A DNA stretch of 64,000 nucleotides from Candidatus Bathyarchaeia archaeon (lineage in GTDB: Archaea > Thermoproteota > Bathyarchaeia > Bathyarchaeales > Bathycorpusculaceae). The stretch is from positions 32,001 to 96,000 of the forward strand of contig JBBFKZ010000002.1 of the NCBI GenBank assembly GCA_037481775.1, given 5' to 3'. A program made the position numbers and the translations under genes. Under the pieces are notes generated by a model, which searched no databases, had not been told where the DNA came from, and saw nothing but the letters and a program-made list of their open reading frames with translations. This document shows, in pieces, positions 29,852 to 40,682 of the stretch (position 1 is the stretch's first letter; the number at the start of each line of letters is the position of its first letter).

Positions 29852-31974
29852 TCAAGTGCTGTTTTTGAGGAGTGTGATTACGTCTGGGAAGTCTATGCCG
29901 AGCGCTTTCGCCTTTTCTATTGTAGGCACTCCGTTGGGTGTCCAACCGCGACGCTTGTAAACTGCATCCTTCAACTTCTCATACTCCGCCTCGCGATGCC
30001 GCCTCAAAATGGCTATTTTCTCCTCTGTTGACTTGCCCGCGGGGTCGATGCCAAGCTTCTCCTTAAGCTGCTTATCATAGCGTTCTCTGCGGCTCTCATA
30101 CTCTTCCTTTGTGACTGGGCCGACGGCGCGGTATGGTATGGCGTCGTGTTCGCGTGTGCCATAGCCCATGCGCAGGTTGAAGATGCGCTGGAAATTGTAA
30201 ACCTTCTCGCTCATCAGTATCAAATCATCCACAGTAACTTTCTTGCCAGTAACCGCATAAAACAGCTTGGCATAATTCTCCACGTGCGCCATAACCTTTG
30301 CGGGCTCCTTCGTCTGCTTATTGTTTTCTGGCACAACATCGTTCCAGGGTAGCTTGCATAAGCCGTTAAGCCCGAACCATGTGCGCCACATGGGGAACCA
30401 ATGCAAGCTCTCGGCTTTCTGCTCGAACGTAGGCATCAAGTTATGCACCATGTCTAGGAATATCAGCCACGCCTCGTCATGCTGCGGGCCCTTCAATGTC
30501 AGCCCATAGCCGCCCTGCTGCGCCAGCGACTCCTTAGTAACATACTCTGAAAACTCTAAGCCCTTCGCCTCCATCCCAATGTCGTTCATAATAGCCGGGT
30601 CTGCACCGTATTTCTCGGCGAAAATCTTTTTCATCCGCCTTATGCCCTGCCCCACAACGGCGCCGAAGCCTTCGCCCCGCGCCATCTGATGCACCAGCTC
30701 CAGCGCCGCATCCTTGTTGCCGAACCGCAAATCCAATCCGCCTGTAGCTTCCTTGCCGATTAAGCCCATTTCGTAGCATTCCATGGCGAAAGCCGTAGCA
30801 GTGCCAACGCTTATGGTGTCCAATCCGTAGATGTCACAGTAAAAGTTCATCTCAATAACATGATCAACATCGAAGATGCCGCAGTTACTGCCAACCGCCG
30901 CTGCAGTCTATACTCTGGGCCAGTAACGAACACCTTTTGCCCCTTGTACGGGCCAGTTTTAAGCTCAAAGTCCTTGACGACATGTGCGCATGACAGAGCG
31001 CAGCCCATCCAGCAGCCGTCAAAACCCTTATGGAACTTGTTGCGGTAAACTTCACGTCCAAGCTTTTCAGCTTCAGGATGTGAACCATAACGGAAATTGT
31101 TCACGGGCAGCAAGTCGAAATTGTTCATTGCTGACACAAGCTGCGGCGACCCGATAATGGACATTTCATTCTGTTTCGGATCAAGCATTCTTATCTCCCT
31201 GTTATGGGCAGTTCCGACCTCCTTCACCAATGCCGCGTCAGCGGGACCGTTACTTTCAACTGTTATCCGCCCAGAATACTTGACAACAATGGCTTTTATC
31301 CGCTTGTTCCGCAGCACCGTGCCTATGCCGCCTCTGCCCGCCTGCTTCAGCCGGTGCACACGCCTAGCCGCGTCATACCATGAAACATTTAAGCAGCCGA
31401 TCAATGTGTGCTCCGCGCCTGGTCCAGAGGAAACCACAGATATGCTGATCGGATTTTCCTTACCATACTTCTCCGCCAATATGTCAGTAATCAAGTGCGC
31501 TTCCGAGGGCAACTCGTCAGCGGTTTCCACCTGAACCTTGCATTCATCCCCGTCAATGAATATGACCACTTCAGATTTTGGCTTGCCCTGCACTTCAAGC
31601 GCATCCCAACCGGCGAACTTCAAGTAAGGCCCAAAGTAGCCGCCGACGTTAGAGTCCACAACCATATTAGTTAACGGCGAAATGGAAACCGCAATGCTTT
31701 TGCCGCTGCCAGGATAAACCGGAATGCCGCCTAAGGGGCCTGAGGCAATGCAGATTTCGTTTTCCGGATCATCCCACCGCACAACGCGGTCTTTGGGCAA
31801 AGCGTTCCAGAGCAGCCACAAGTTGAAGCCGCGGCCACCCGTGAACGTTTCCTTCATCTTCTCAGAAACTGGTTTGCTGGCAATTTGCATGCTGGAGAGA
31901 TTCACGTAAAGCGTCCTGTTATTGTAGCCTCTCTCCACCTTTCCCGGTTCATACTTAAACTCTGCAAGTATCAA
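29852..31974 (-). pseudogene. Aldehyde:ferredoxin oxidoreductase family (W/Mo-pterin), split by a 1-bp frameshift near 30911
   Basis: SPLT, GGYFG, AGRGG.G, GLDTIS motifs; GPEY(E)TAAAVGSNCG is restored by adding one G; may be a sequencing error. Confidence 0.8.
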
Positions 31975-32128
31975 AGCTTCAGCCCTTCAACAGCCTTTTA
32001 GAAATTAAAGCATGATGTAAAGGGTGGATAATAGCCTTTCGATTCAATTAGTCGACTCACAAAAAGAAAAGTCTGCGGTGAAAGCTATTTACCCTCGCTG
32101 TACTATTCTCTATTCGAGAGGCAGAAAA

Positions 32129-33232
32129 GTGAAGATCATTGAGAGGAACCTTCAGCAAGGCTTCGTGAAAGTCATTCCAACCTCAGAGGATGATCTCTGG
32201 CACTTGTACAATGTCATCTACAAGGGCGACGAGGTTTACGCTTACTCCTCAAGAGCCATAAAATCCGAGCAGGAGTATTCTCGGCCAAAAAGTGGCGAGC
32301 GCATCTCAGCCTTCATGGGCGTGAAGGTGGAATCTGTCAGCTGGGACAAATTCATGGGCAAGCTGCGGGTTCATGGCGTTATCTGCCATGCGCCGGACAT
32401 AATTCCGCAAGGCGCGCATCACACGCTTAGCATAGCCCTAAACCAGCCTTTGACAATCGTTAAAAAGGAGTGGCCCAAGCACCTTCTTGACAGGCTAACG
32501 CTGGCAAGCAGAACCGAAAAGCCCCTGTTGATAGTGGCTATTGACGACGAGGGCTACGCCATAGCAGAAACAAGGCAGTACGGCGTGGACATTAAAGTGG
32601 AAGAGCGCGTAAAGCTGCCCGGCAAGCTGGAAGCTGAAAACCGCTCGGCCGCCGCAAAAGCATACTTCCGCCGCGTGCTGAATAGTTTAGCGCAGCTTTG
32701 GACGCCATCGCATAATCCCATTGTGATTATCGGCGTGGGCTTCGTGAAAAATGACTTCGCAAAATTCCTCGCTGAAGAAGCAGCGGACATAGCAAGGTTG
32801 GTTGTAGACGTTAAAAGCATAAACAACGGCGGAGCCGCAGGCATTTACGAAGCAGTTCGCTCCGGCGTGCTCTCGAAAGCCGCAAGGCAGCTGCGCATAG
32901 TGGACGAGGCTGAGGTCATGGAGGAGGTAATGAAGCGCCTTGGAAAGGGCGACGCCACCGTTGCTTATGGGTTTGAAGCGGTTGAGCACGCGGTGAAAAT
33001 GGGCGCGGTTGAAAAACTGGCCATAGTCGACACGATGCTGCGTAACGCCAACAACGAACAGCGCTTGCACCTTGAAGCACTTATGCAGGCTGTCGAGCAG
33101 CACGGCGGAGACAACACAGTAATCAGTTCGGAGCATGAAGCAGGCGACAAACTTCGCGCCATAGGCGGAGTAGCCGCGTTGCTCAGGTTTCCTATTGCCA
33201 GCGCCACCTCAAGATTGAATAATATGATCTAG
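32129..33232 (+). CDS. pelA: mRNA surveillance protein pelota
   Basis: DDLWHLYN, GAHHTL, EHEAG.KL..IGGVAALLRF; GTG start at 32129. Confidence 0.93.
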   Translation: MKIIERNLQQGFVKVIPTSEDDLWHLYNVIYKGDEVYAYSSRAIKSEQEYSRPKSGERISAFMGVKVESVSWDKFMGKLRVHGVICHAPDIIPQGAHHTLSIALNQPLTIVKKEWPKHLLDRLTLASRTEKPLLIVAIDDEGYAIAETRQYGVDIKVEERVKLPGKLEAENRSAAAKAYFRRVLNSLAQLWTPSHNPIVIIGVGFVKNDFAKFLAEEAADIARLVVDVKSINNGGAAGIYEAVRSGVLSKAARQLRIVDEAEVMEEVMKRLGKGDATVAYGFEAVEHAVKMGAVEKLAIVDTMLRNANNEQRLHLEALMQAVEQHGGDNTVISSEHEAGDKLRAIGGVAALLRFPIASATSRLNNMI

Positions 33233-33401
33233 CAAGACTACGCTTTAGCGACATGGCGGATGCAGGTTAAACCGTGCTTCACATGCATGATTAATTTGTT
33301 TTATTTGCAACGAGTTCAATTTAGAATCGAATTTTTAAACAAATTTTAATATAACTTTGCACTTTAATTACTGAGTGGAAGTAGTGCGTTAATTATATAA
33401 G

Positions 33402-34454
33402 GTGCGAATGAAAATGAGAAAACCTTGTATAGCTACCTGCGCACTGTTGCTTTTGCTTGCTGCTGCGGCATCAACGCTGGATGTAAAATCGGCAGCGGCG
33501 ATCAAGGTTGCTGTACAGTGGGGTCATCTTGCGCCGTCCGGGTATCCCGCTGGCGAGGGTGATGCTCAGTCTTGGATTTGCAACGAGATTTACTGGAATT
33601 TCTATAATACTGGCACATGGGCGTCTTCAAATGCTTATGGAACCTATACGCAGCTTGGGTATGTGGCTCAAGTGCTTCAGTACTGCCAGTCGCCCAACAA
33701 CGGTGTTACTTGGGCGACGACTTGGTGGGTTGGAGACTTTAAGCCTACGGGAGGAAACCCGCAGCCCTTTGGTTATCTCGGTTTTTACGGGCATAACGGT
33801 CAAGATATTTTTGATTATGATGTCTATAAGTATGCTAACTATTATCTTTGGCCTCCGCCAAACAGCTGGTGGCAGCCCATACCGAGCAAGCAGTACTTTG
33901 CGTTCATATGGACTTGCGCGAATGGTGGGCTTTACTGGTACACTTCGAATGGGGACTGGTACAATGTGCCTGGAATCACTTCTCCAGCGCCTAGCCCGAC
34001 TTATCCGCCGCCTGCTAATCCCAACACCAAATATGGGTTTGTTGTCAACCCCTATTCCACACCGCCTACTGTTGTGGGTATGCCGTTGGCGTGGACTGGT
34101 TCGTCAAGTTTAAGCATTGACGGTTATAATTCTCCTGATTACGGGAGCTACTGCTATGTAGGCTGGGAAACCATTTCACCTTGGATGGTGAACCCTACAG
34201 GCTATGATAGCACGCAGTTTAAATGGTTCCCATACTACTTCTACCGATGTGCGTTGGGATATTATAATAGTGGAACACATCAAACAATACAATACTCCCT
34301 TAACTTTGCCTCACAAATGACACTCGGCACGCCGTTTTATACCTCAAAACTCTATAATGGAGAGTGGAGGAATTCTACTGGGAGTGGCCCTGGGGGCTGG
34401 TGGTATAGTCGCATGCGAGTATTCGGCAACAGTAACTTGATTTTGCCCTATTAA
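33402..34454 (+). CDS. Secreted Trp/Tyr/Gly-rich protein, paralog of 16404..17477
   Basis: Signal peptide; FAFIWTC, GMPLAWT, DGY..PD.G..CYVG, RMRVFGNSN. Confidence 0.7.
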   Translation: MRMKMRKPCIATCALLLLLAAAASTLDVKSAAAIKVAVQWGHLAPSGYPAGEGDAQSWICNEIYWNFYNTGTWASSNAYGTYTQLGYVAQVLQYCQSPNNGVTWATTWWVGDFKPTGGNPQPFGYLGFYGHNGQDIFDYDVYKYANYYLWPPPNSWWQPIPSKQYFAFIWTCANGGLYWYTSNGDWYNVPGITSPAPSPTYPPPANPNTKYGFVVNPYSTPPTVVGMPLAWTGSSSLSIDGYNSPDYGSYCYVGWETISPWMVNPTGYDSTQFKWFPYYFYRCALGYYNSGTHQTIQYSLNFASQMTLGTPFYTSKLYNGEWRNSTGSGPGGWWYSRMRVFGNSNLILPY

Positions 34455-34468
34455 GGAGGGGAAACCGA

Positions 34469-35701
34469 ATGAAACACTTCAAAGAAAAACTGAGTGTTGT
34501 AGCAGTTATTTTGCTGCTGGTATCGGTTCTACTTATTCACGCTTCAGGAGCAGAGGTAACAAATAAAACTAATCCGTTTGGGAAAGATAAACTGTTAGTG
34601 TTCTTAAGCAACGTTATCGGGCTCGACCTTGCCAAGTACAACGTAACCGTCAGTTCTGGAGTAACTTATCCTTACAATTTTGGCGGTCTCGTAAAGCAGG
34701 AAGTAATTAGCTGTCAACTTGATTATAATGGTAGGAAAATAGGCATAATGGGAATCTTTTACAACGAGTATATATTTGCTATCGATATCCTTCCCAATCA
34801 AGGACCATTAATTTACGCGCAACCTCCATCAGCTAACCCCGTTGATGAAGCAAAAAGCATATTACGAAAATACCAAATCTTCGCCAACGACTATGGTATA
34901 ACTACATCTCATCTAACCACAGCGCTCAACATGCTCAACAACGTCAATGAACTAACATCTTCAAGCACAATTTTGGGCAACACAAAACTAGAAGTATCCC
35001 GCATCACATATAATGAAGCAAATTTCAATAGGACCCTTATCAGCTTTAAATGGATTTATACTGCCAATGGAGTTGACGCATACAACAAACGCTTGGAAAT
35101 CACTTTTGAAGACAACGCAACTTATTTCAAAGATACATGGGGCTTTTTCACCATTGGTTGCTTTAGCGTTATTTCTGAGGCGGAAGCGGTAGAGATAGCT
35201 TTTGCCGCGGCGAAAAGTTACAATTTGACTTTGGTTGGCGAAGATGGCGTTTTGATCCCTGCGCAACCTGACTGGTCAGGCATGACTTACACTATTGCTC
35301 TCAACATGATACCTGGACAGATATACAACCGAGACCCAAATGACCATTTCGTGAATCCCGGCAGCGCGGTTAGGGATCCTTTGGCGCTTTATCCGTTATG
35401 GGAGTCAGTGTTTTATTTCGGCAAGAATATTGGGCAAACCGTTGGCATAGCCGTGGGCGTTTGGGGCGACACGAAGGAAATTGCCTACATCACCCCATAC
35501 GGTTACCTCGGAGACATGGGGGGAAACCAAACGGCGCCGGTTGCAACGTCGCCGTCGGCTGAGCCTTCAGTTGCGCCTTCTGAGACTCCAGTGGAACCCG
35601 AAAACAATTCGTTATCAAGCGCTTATCTGCTGCTCGGCTTATGTATAACGGTAGCGGTGGTTACCGCAGCTGCAATAGCGCTCAGAAAGCGAAGCAGATA
35701 G
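34469..35701 (+). CDS. Membrane-anchored secreted protein with a PepSY/YcdB-like segment
   Basis: SD ggagg; signal peptide; ISEAEAVEIA...LYPLW...VWGDTKEI; P/S/T linker; TM followed by RKRSR. Confidence 0.65.
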   Translation: MKHFKEKLSVVAVILLLVSVLLIHASGAEVTNKTNPFGKDKLLVFLSNVIGLDLAKYNVTVSSGVTYPYNFGGLVKQEVISCQLDYNGRKIGIMGIFYNEYIFAIDILPNQGPLIYAQPPSANPVDEAKSILRKYQIFANDYGITTSHLTTALNMLNNVNELTSSSTILGNTKLEVSRITYNEANFNRTLISFKWIYTANGVDAYNKRLEITFEDNATYFKDTWGFFTIGCFSVISEAEAVEIAFAAAKSYNLTLVGEDGVLIPAQPDWSGMTYTIALNMIPGQIYNRDPNDHFVNPGSAVRDPLALYPLWESVFYFGKNIGQTVGIAVGVWGDTKEIAYITPYGYLGDMGGNQTAPVATSPSAEPSVAPSETPVEPENNSLSSAYLLLGLCITVAVVTAAAIALRKRSR

Positions 35702-35861
35702 CACGCTTTTCCTTCCCTTCTCTTTTCTTTTCGATTTTTCAATCAACATACTACAAACGTACTCATGCGATAAAAGACGTAAACTGCGCCCATAGACACT
35801 TTATAAAGAGATTATGTTATATACTTGTGCATATTTAAATAGAGAAGAAACGGGAATCTAA

Positions 35862-36425
35862 ATGAGCAAAAGAAAACCAATAATCTCAATCCAAAACATT
35901 GTAGCCTCAGTTTCGCTAAACCAGAAAATCGACCTGCAAGAAATAGTGGACAAATTCCCTCAGACCGAGTATAACCCAAACGTGTTCCCCGGCTTGGTTT
36001 TCCGCCTTAAAGAGCCTAAGACGGCCACACTGATTTTTGGAACAGGAAAGATGGTGTGCACCGGCGCCAAATCCGAGAAGGAATCGCGGGCGGCTGTGGA
36101 AAAAGTGGTTAATGAACTGCGAAGCAAAGGCGTCCAAATAACAGAGAAACCCGTAGTGAACATCCAGAACATTGTTGCCTCCGCGGAGTTAGGCGGCGAA
36201 ATAGACCTTGAAAGCCTCGTGTTCAAACTCAGCAGAGTCATGTATGAACCAGAGCAGTTCCCCGGCGCAGTCTACCGAATGGACGAGCCTCCAGTGGTCT
36301 TCCTAATCTTTTCAGCCGGCAAGCTTGTTTGCGTAGGCGCCAAGAAGGAAGAGCAAGTTTACGAAGCCGTCGACAAAATCCAGAGGATACTTGAAGAGAA
36401 AAACCTAATCTATTACAGCGACTAA
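35862..36425 (+). CDS. tbp: TATA-box-binding protein
   Basis: Two repeats QNIVAS...YNP/YEPEQFPG...LIF..GK.VC.GAK. Confidence 0.97.
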   Translation: MSKRKPIISIQNIVASVSLNQKIDLQEIVDKFPQTEYNPNVFPGLVFRLKEPKTATLIFGTGKMVCTGAKSEKESRAAVEKVVNELRSKGVQITEKPVVNIQNIVASAELGGEIDLESLVFKLSRVMYEPEQFPGAVYRMDEPPVVFLIFSAGKLVCVGAKKEEQVYEAVDKIQRILEEKNLIYYSD

Positions 36426-37162
36426 GCTTCGCTCTTCAGCTTTCGCCGCACTGCCGGGTTTTCGTCTGCTAGCTTCCGCAGTGCCATCTCAAAAGTTTCC
36501 TCTGGCGTTATTTCCCTTTTTATGAATACGCCTGTTCTGCCCACTTCATCCCTCTTTAGCAGGGCACGAACTCGGTCACGCACAGTTTCGACTGACACGT
36601 CGAGAATTTTGGCTGTGTAATCCTCGCGGCCGATTATGCTACTTTCCAAATGCCCCTGTGCTGTAGGTTCAATAAGCATTAGCCTCTTGTCCACGCCTGC
36701 CACACGCACGTTTGCTTCTAACTGCGGGAGGGTTATTTCGCCGCCAAACCTGTAGAATTCCCGTTCAACTTTACGCATTCGCATTAGTGGGAAGGAAACG
36801 CTTGTCTGCTCATCTATCACTATATGCGCTTTCATTGTGTAGACTGGCGTGGCCTGAACCAGCAAACGCGCGTTAATGGGTATTCCCGCCCTCGCCAAGG
36901 CAGTTTCCACCTGGAAAGACGAGGAAGGCTCAGCTATGAAGACGTCTATGTCGCTTCTCTCATTTACGTCGCCTCTGGCTATACTGCCATGCACTAGTGC
37001 TTGCAAGTGGCATTGCACCAACGCGGACATTATGCGCTTGGCTTTTTCACGGTACTCCCTGAGCAGCTGCCAATGCTTACTGCTGTATGTGACTTCACGG
37101 TGCTCCCATTGTTTTTTCGGCTTTACAGCCATTTTCATCGTCTCTTTACGGAATATGTGCAA
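36422..37162 (-). CDS. Archaeal Pol-beta-type nucleotidyltransferase (COG2413-like)
   Basis: HGSIARGD...SDIDV, GVDKRL, GRTGVF. Confidence 0.85.
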   Translation of the reverse strand: MHIFRKETMKMAVKPKKQWEHREVTYSSKHWQLLREYREKAKRIMSALVQCHLQALVHGSIARGDVNERSDIDVFIAEPSSSFQVETALARAGIPINARLLVQATPVYTMKAHIVIDEQTSVSFPLMRMRKVEREFYRFGGEITLPQLEANVRVAGVDKRLMLIEPTAQGHLESSIIGREDYTAKILDVSVETVRDRVRALLKRDEVGRTGVFIKREITPEETFEMALRKLADENPAVRRKLKSEA

Positions 37163-37214
37163 ATGTGTTTATTTAGTAATTGTTAATCAAGACATTACCA
37201 GCGTGAAAGAGTCC

Positions 37215-38165
37215 ATGTGCCCGTATGCTGCTGCCGCTGTTTGCTCCGTCTGCAAACGCAGAGACGCGTTCTTTTTTAGGCGTTACTCTGGTGAAAGACT
37301 TTGCTGCAAATGCTTTGTAGAGTCCATTGAAGCCAAGGTGCGGGTGACCATTGCTAAGTATAAGATGTTCAGTTTTGATGATCGGATAGCGGTGGCAGTT
37401 TCCGGCGGCAAAGATAGTATAAGCTTACTGCATATTTTGGCGAAGATAGAGCGGCGGCATCCGAAGGCTTCGCTGGTCGCTGTTACTGTGGATGAGGGCA
37501 TAAAGGGCTACCGAGACGAAGCCTTGGCTATCGCAGTGAAGAACTGCAAGGTGCTGGGCGTAGAGCATCATGTAGTCGCTTTTAAGGAGCTTTACGGCCT
37601 TACGTTGGACGAAATAATTGCGAAGGCACGCGAGAAGTGCGAGTTGGAGTTGACGCCGTGCGCTTACTGCGGTGTTCTACGGAGGCGAGCGTTGAACGTG
37701 GCTGCCAGAGAGGTTGGCGCTGACAAGCTTGCAACGGCGCATACTCTGGATGACGAGGCGCAAACGATTCTATTGAACATTTTTCGCGGTGACATCCTGC
37801 GGTTGGCCAAAGAAAAGCCAGTTACGGATGAGGTGCATCCGCGATTTGTGCAGAAGGTTCGACCGTTCTGCGAGATTCCCGAGAAAGAAAGCGCCTTGTA
37901 CGCGTATGTTAAGAAAATCAAGTTCCAGGATGTGCCATGTCCATACGCCTCAGAGGCGTTACGGAATGAAATGCGCCTTATGCTTAACCGCATGGAAGAG
38001 CGACATCCGGGAACAAAATTCGCTGTCTTCAAGTCCATAGAACGCTTAAGACCTGCACTGGATGAAATCGGCCGAAAGGCTGGCTTCAAAGAGTGCGTTG
38101 CTTGCGGTGAACCCGCGGCTGCAGAGTTATGCCGAGTCTGCGAGTTTCTACGGCGAATAAGTTGA
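37215..38165 (+). CDS. ncsA: tRNA 2-thiolation protein (TIGR00269, NcsA/TtuA family)
   Basis: Zn fingers at both ends, VSGGKDS, CAYCGVLRR, H.LDDEAQ, CPYA; start trimmed from 36876. Confidence 0.85.
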   Translation: MCPYAAAAVCSVCKRRDAFFFRRYSGERLCCKCFVESIEAKVRVTIAKYKMFSFDDRIAVAVSGGKDSISLLHILAKIERRHPKASLVAVTVDEGIKGYRDEALAIAVKNCKVLGVEHHVVAFKELYGLTLDEIIAKAREKCELELTPCAYCGVLRRRALNVAAREVGADKLATAHTLDDEAQTILLNIFRGDILRLAKEKPVTDEVHPRFVQKVRPFCEIPEKESALYAYVKKIKFQDVPCPYASEALRNEMRLMLNRMEERHPGTKFAVFKSIERLRPALDEIGRKAGFKECVACGEPAAAELCRVCEFLRRIS

Positions 38166-38167
38166 GG

Positions 38168-38371
38168 TCAGCTACGGCTGAAGCCCTTTTTTGCTTTCAA
38201 GTTCCGCAGTATTTCAGAAGCTTCAAAAGCGGTTTCGGCCCTGGCAACACGCTTCGCTTTTCGTGTTTCCACATGTGTGCCGCAGTATGGGCAGGTTTTC
38301 GTTTTCTGTCCCTCTGGAGTGAGGAATAAGCCTCCGCATTTGCTGCAGGCGATGATTAGAGTTGGCTTAAT
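38168..38371 (-). CDS. DUF1922-like Zn-ribbon protein
   Basis: CSKCG...KTKTCPYCG; probable ATT start after GGAGG (ORF track start 38440). Confidence 0.7.
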   Translation of the reverse strand: MKPTLIIACSKCGGLFLTPEGQKTKTCPYCGTHVETRKAKRVARAETAFEASEILRNLKAKKGFSRS

Positions 38372-38438
38372 GTGGATGCGCCTCCGAAAGACTTTTCCGC
38401 AGTCAGTTAAATAACGTTTAGGTTGAGGGAGACGTGTC

Positions 38439-38804
38439 ATGGGCAGTGATGAGGGCCAGGTGAAAACGCAGCTGCGTTTAGTTGATCTTGCATTGCGCTA
38501 TTTCAAGAAGGAAGGCTACAAGATTAATCAAGAGAACGCTGTCATCGAAGGCTACAGTGGCATACCTCGCAAGTTCGACCTTATTGTTCAGAAGGGCAAG
38601 TTGGAGCAGGGTGTTTGGATCCGCGGCTGGAACAGGACGATAGGCGTTAATCTTGTCATCAGCCTGGACACAGCCTCTGAAGATGTGGGTTTATCGAATC
38701 CCATATTGATAGGTGAAAAATTTAGCGATCACGCAAAGTCTTATTCGAACAGGCGTAAGATTACGCTTTTGACGCGGCAAAAAATAGCTATGAGCCTTAG
38801 ATGA
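38439..38804 (+). CDS. Mrr-like restriction-endonuclease-fold protein
   Basis: YFKKEGY, GYSG...FDL, IGVNLV, FSDHAKSY. Confidence 0.6.
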   Translation: MGSDEGQVKTQLRLVDLALRYFKKEGYKINQENAVIEGYSGIPRKFDLIVQKGKLEQGVWIRGWNRTIGVNLVISLDTASEDVGLSNPILIGEKFSDHAKSYSNRRKITLLTRQKIAMSLR

Positions 38805-38807
38805 AGG

Positions 38808-39392
38808 CTATATTCTCAAGTACTCGTCTATGAGATTCTGCTTCTCCAGCAGGCTCAACCAGTCCACGCTGCCCACCACACATTTTGCGCGGTTATCCAA
38901 AACGGCGAGTATCTGATTTGCAACTTCCTCCACAGTCTTGCCTGTTACATCTAATTCGCATACCTTTCCATTTTCATGCGTCTGCAGCGTTTCCACAAGG
39001 CAGACGTCTAGGATTTCGGCGGCGAGGTTCTCCCAAAGCTTGTCACCTGCGAAGCCGCGTTGCTCCATGAGTCTGCGGAGTTCTACAGGGTTTCGGCGGA
39101 GAACGAATATGCGCGTGACATAGCGTTTCGGAACAACGGCGTATGCATAGTGCCCGTCAATAATGACGGTTGCCTTCTCCGCTGTGTTTATTGCTTCGGC
39201 GATTTTCGCGCGCATTTTTTCCTCGGCAATTACGCGGGTTTTCCGCTTCTCATCCTCGCCAGCGATTAAGTGATGTTTTTCAGCGAATTCGGTGAGGTTA
39301 ATGTAAAGTGCATCCAGCTTCTCGGCAAGCCGCTGGGCTACTGTGGTTTTTCCAACGCATGGTGTGCCAGTTATGAGTATAACCTGCTTCAT
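38808..39392 (-). CDS. Adenylate kinase, AK6/Fap7 family
   Basis: ITGTPCVGKTT, IIDGH, K..EN..AEILD. Confidence 0.9.
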   Translation of the reverse strand: MKQVILITGTPCVGKTTVAQRLAEKLDALYINLTEFAEKHHLIAGEDEKRKTRVIAEEKMRAKIAEAINTAEKATVIIDGHYAYAVVPKRYVTRIFVLRRNPVELRRLMEQRGFAGDKLWENLAAEILDVCLVETLQTHENGKVCELDVTGKTVEEVANQILAVLDNRAKCVVGSVDWLSLLEKQNLIDEYLRI

Positions 39393-39477
39393 AGGCTTAT
39401 TTGAGTGGATAGGTGTAGTTATCGGTTGTGCTTAGCCGCGGATATGTTTATTGGCTGCCGCCGCGTTTATCTATATT

Positions 39478-39797
39478 GGGCTGGCGAGTTGGCGTGTGGC
39501 TTTCGTTCCCTCTTCGGGAATGAGGAAACTCCGCCCACATGTAGAATTGCAGCCCCTTCAGTGGGGCAAGGCGAGAGCCTTGGCTACAGAGCAGAAACGA
39601 AACGTCCACGTGGCAAGTGAATATGAGGCATGCTAAGTTGCCGAGTGATGCCTTGTGGAAGCGGTGAAACGGCTGTCCTGCAAGTGGAAAGGGCAAACAG
39701 TCGCCGATGAGGCTTCTACCCGAGGGCGCGGGTAGCCCGATTAGCCGAATGCCACAATTAGACAACAGAAGGCGGGTTATGTCCAACACGCCAGTCC
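39478..39797 (+). ncRNA. rnpB: RNase P RNA
   Basis: GAGGAAACTCC (CR-I), CAGAAA, TGAAAC and AACAGAAGGCGGGTTA (CR-V); terminal helix gggctggcg/cgccagtcc. Confidence 0.93.
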
Positions 39798-39992
39798 TCT
39801 AAATAGCGCACAAAAGCGTAGCTTCACAAAGAAAACACGTTTAAAAACAAGAATAAATGAAATTGGCTAAGGAAGGGCTTTCTTTAAGGCTATTGCTTTT
39901 ATCTATAGCCTATTATGACTTGCGTTCGGAAAGCTTAATTATGCCTTGTGCTATGGAGCTTCATTTAAGCTGAACTTAATGGAGGTTAATGT

Positions 39993-40406
39993 CTGGATTC
40001 GGCTAATAAATCGCGGGTCAAAGTGTTTTTAGGAATAGCCGCCGCGATTATTGTGGTTTTGCCTGTTGCTTACTCAGCGCTTACCTACAGCCGAGTTTTA
40101 GTTGATTTTCCAGTCTCATTTACCATCGGAGCAGACGCTAGAAACGTGGAGTTCGAAGTTCCATTTCTTCATGAATATGTGAAAGTTGAGGTTTACATTC
40201 GCAATGGCAACTCGCTGTGGACAGCTAAAATCCTAAGCGGCGAAGATGTCTTGTGGAGTCACACCACTACACAGCGAGGACAGACAACCTACAGCAGCGA
40301 GTGGCTAAAGCTACCCAGCGGCCGCTACAACTTTACGTTTGCAACCGCCGGCATAGGCTCTCTAGAAGCAGAGATCAAGCTAACATCGAAAGGCGGCTTC
40401 TGGTGA
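39993..40406 (+). CDS. Small membrane-anchored beta-rich hypothetical protein
   Basis: N-terminal TM; in-frame CTG 39993 after GGAGG, or GTG 40023. Confidence 0.65.
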   Translation: MDSANKSRVKVFLGIAAAIIVVLPVAYSALTYSRVLVDFPVSFTIGADARNVEFEVPFLHEYVKVEVYIRNGNSLWTAKILSGEDVLWSHTTTQRGQTTYSSEWLKLPSGRYNFTFATAGIGSLEAEIKLTSKGGFW

Positions 40407-40682
40407 AAATACAGCGCCAAACAAACTGTAGTAGCTCTCAGAAAGCGCTCTGCTCTCTTGGTCAGCATCAACACAACCCTAAGACGCTATAAGAGTAAAA
40501 ACAAGAGTAGATTCGTGTGGGTTTTCGCTGCGTTGTCGGGTTCAAAGCGGCGCAGCTAATTTATTAAAAGCCTAAAAATTTCCTTAAGCATCGCTTTTTA
40601 CTGATTCAGCTAAATAGGCACATTGTAAGTTATCTAAAAAATTTATAACCCGTGAATTTTACACTTAAAGTAACTGATCATT

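Noticed and set aside
36876-37214. Long N-terminal extension of the tRNA thiolase ORF
   Set aside because: It overlaps the opposite-strand nucleotidyltransferase; homology begins near 37215
39405-39789. Small ORFs at 39405, 39448 and 39451
   Set aside because: They overlap the RNase P RNA gene
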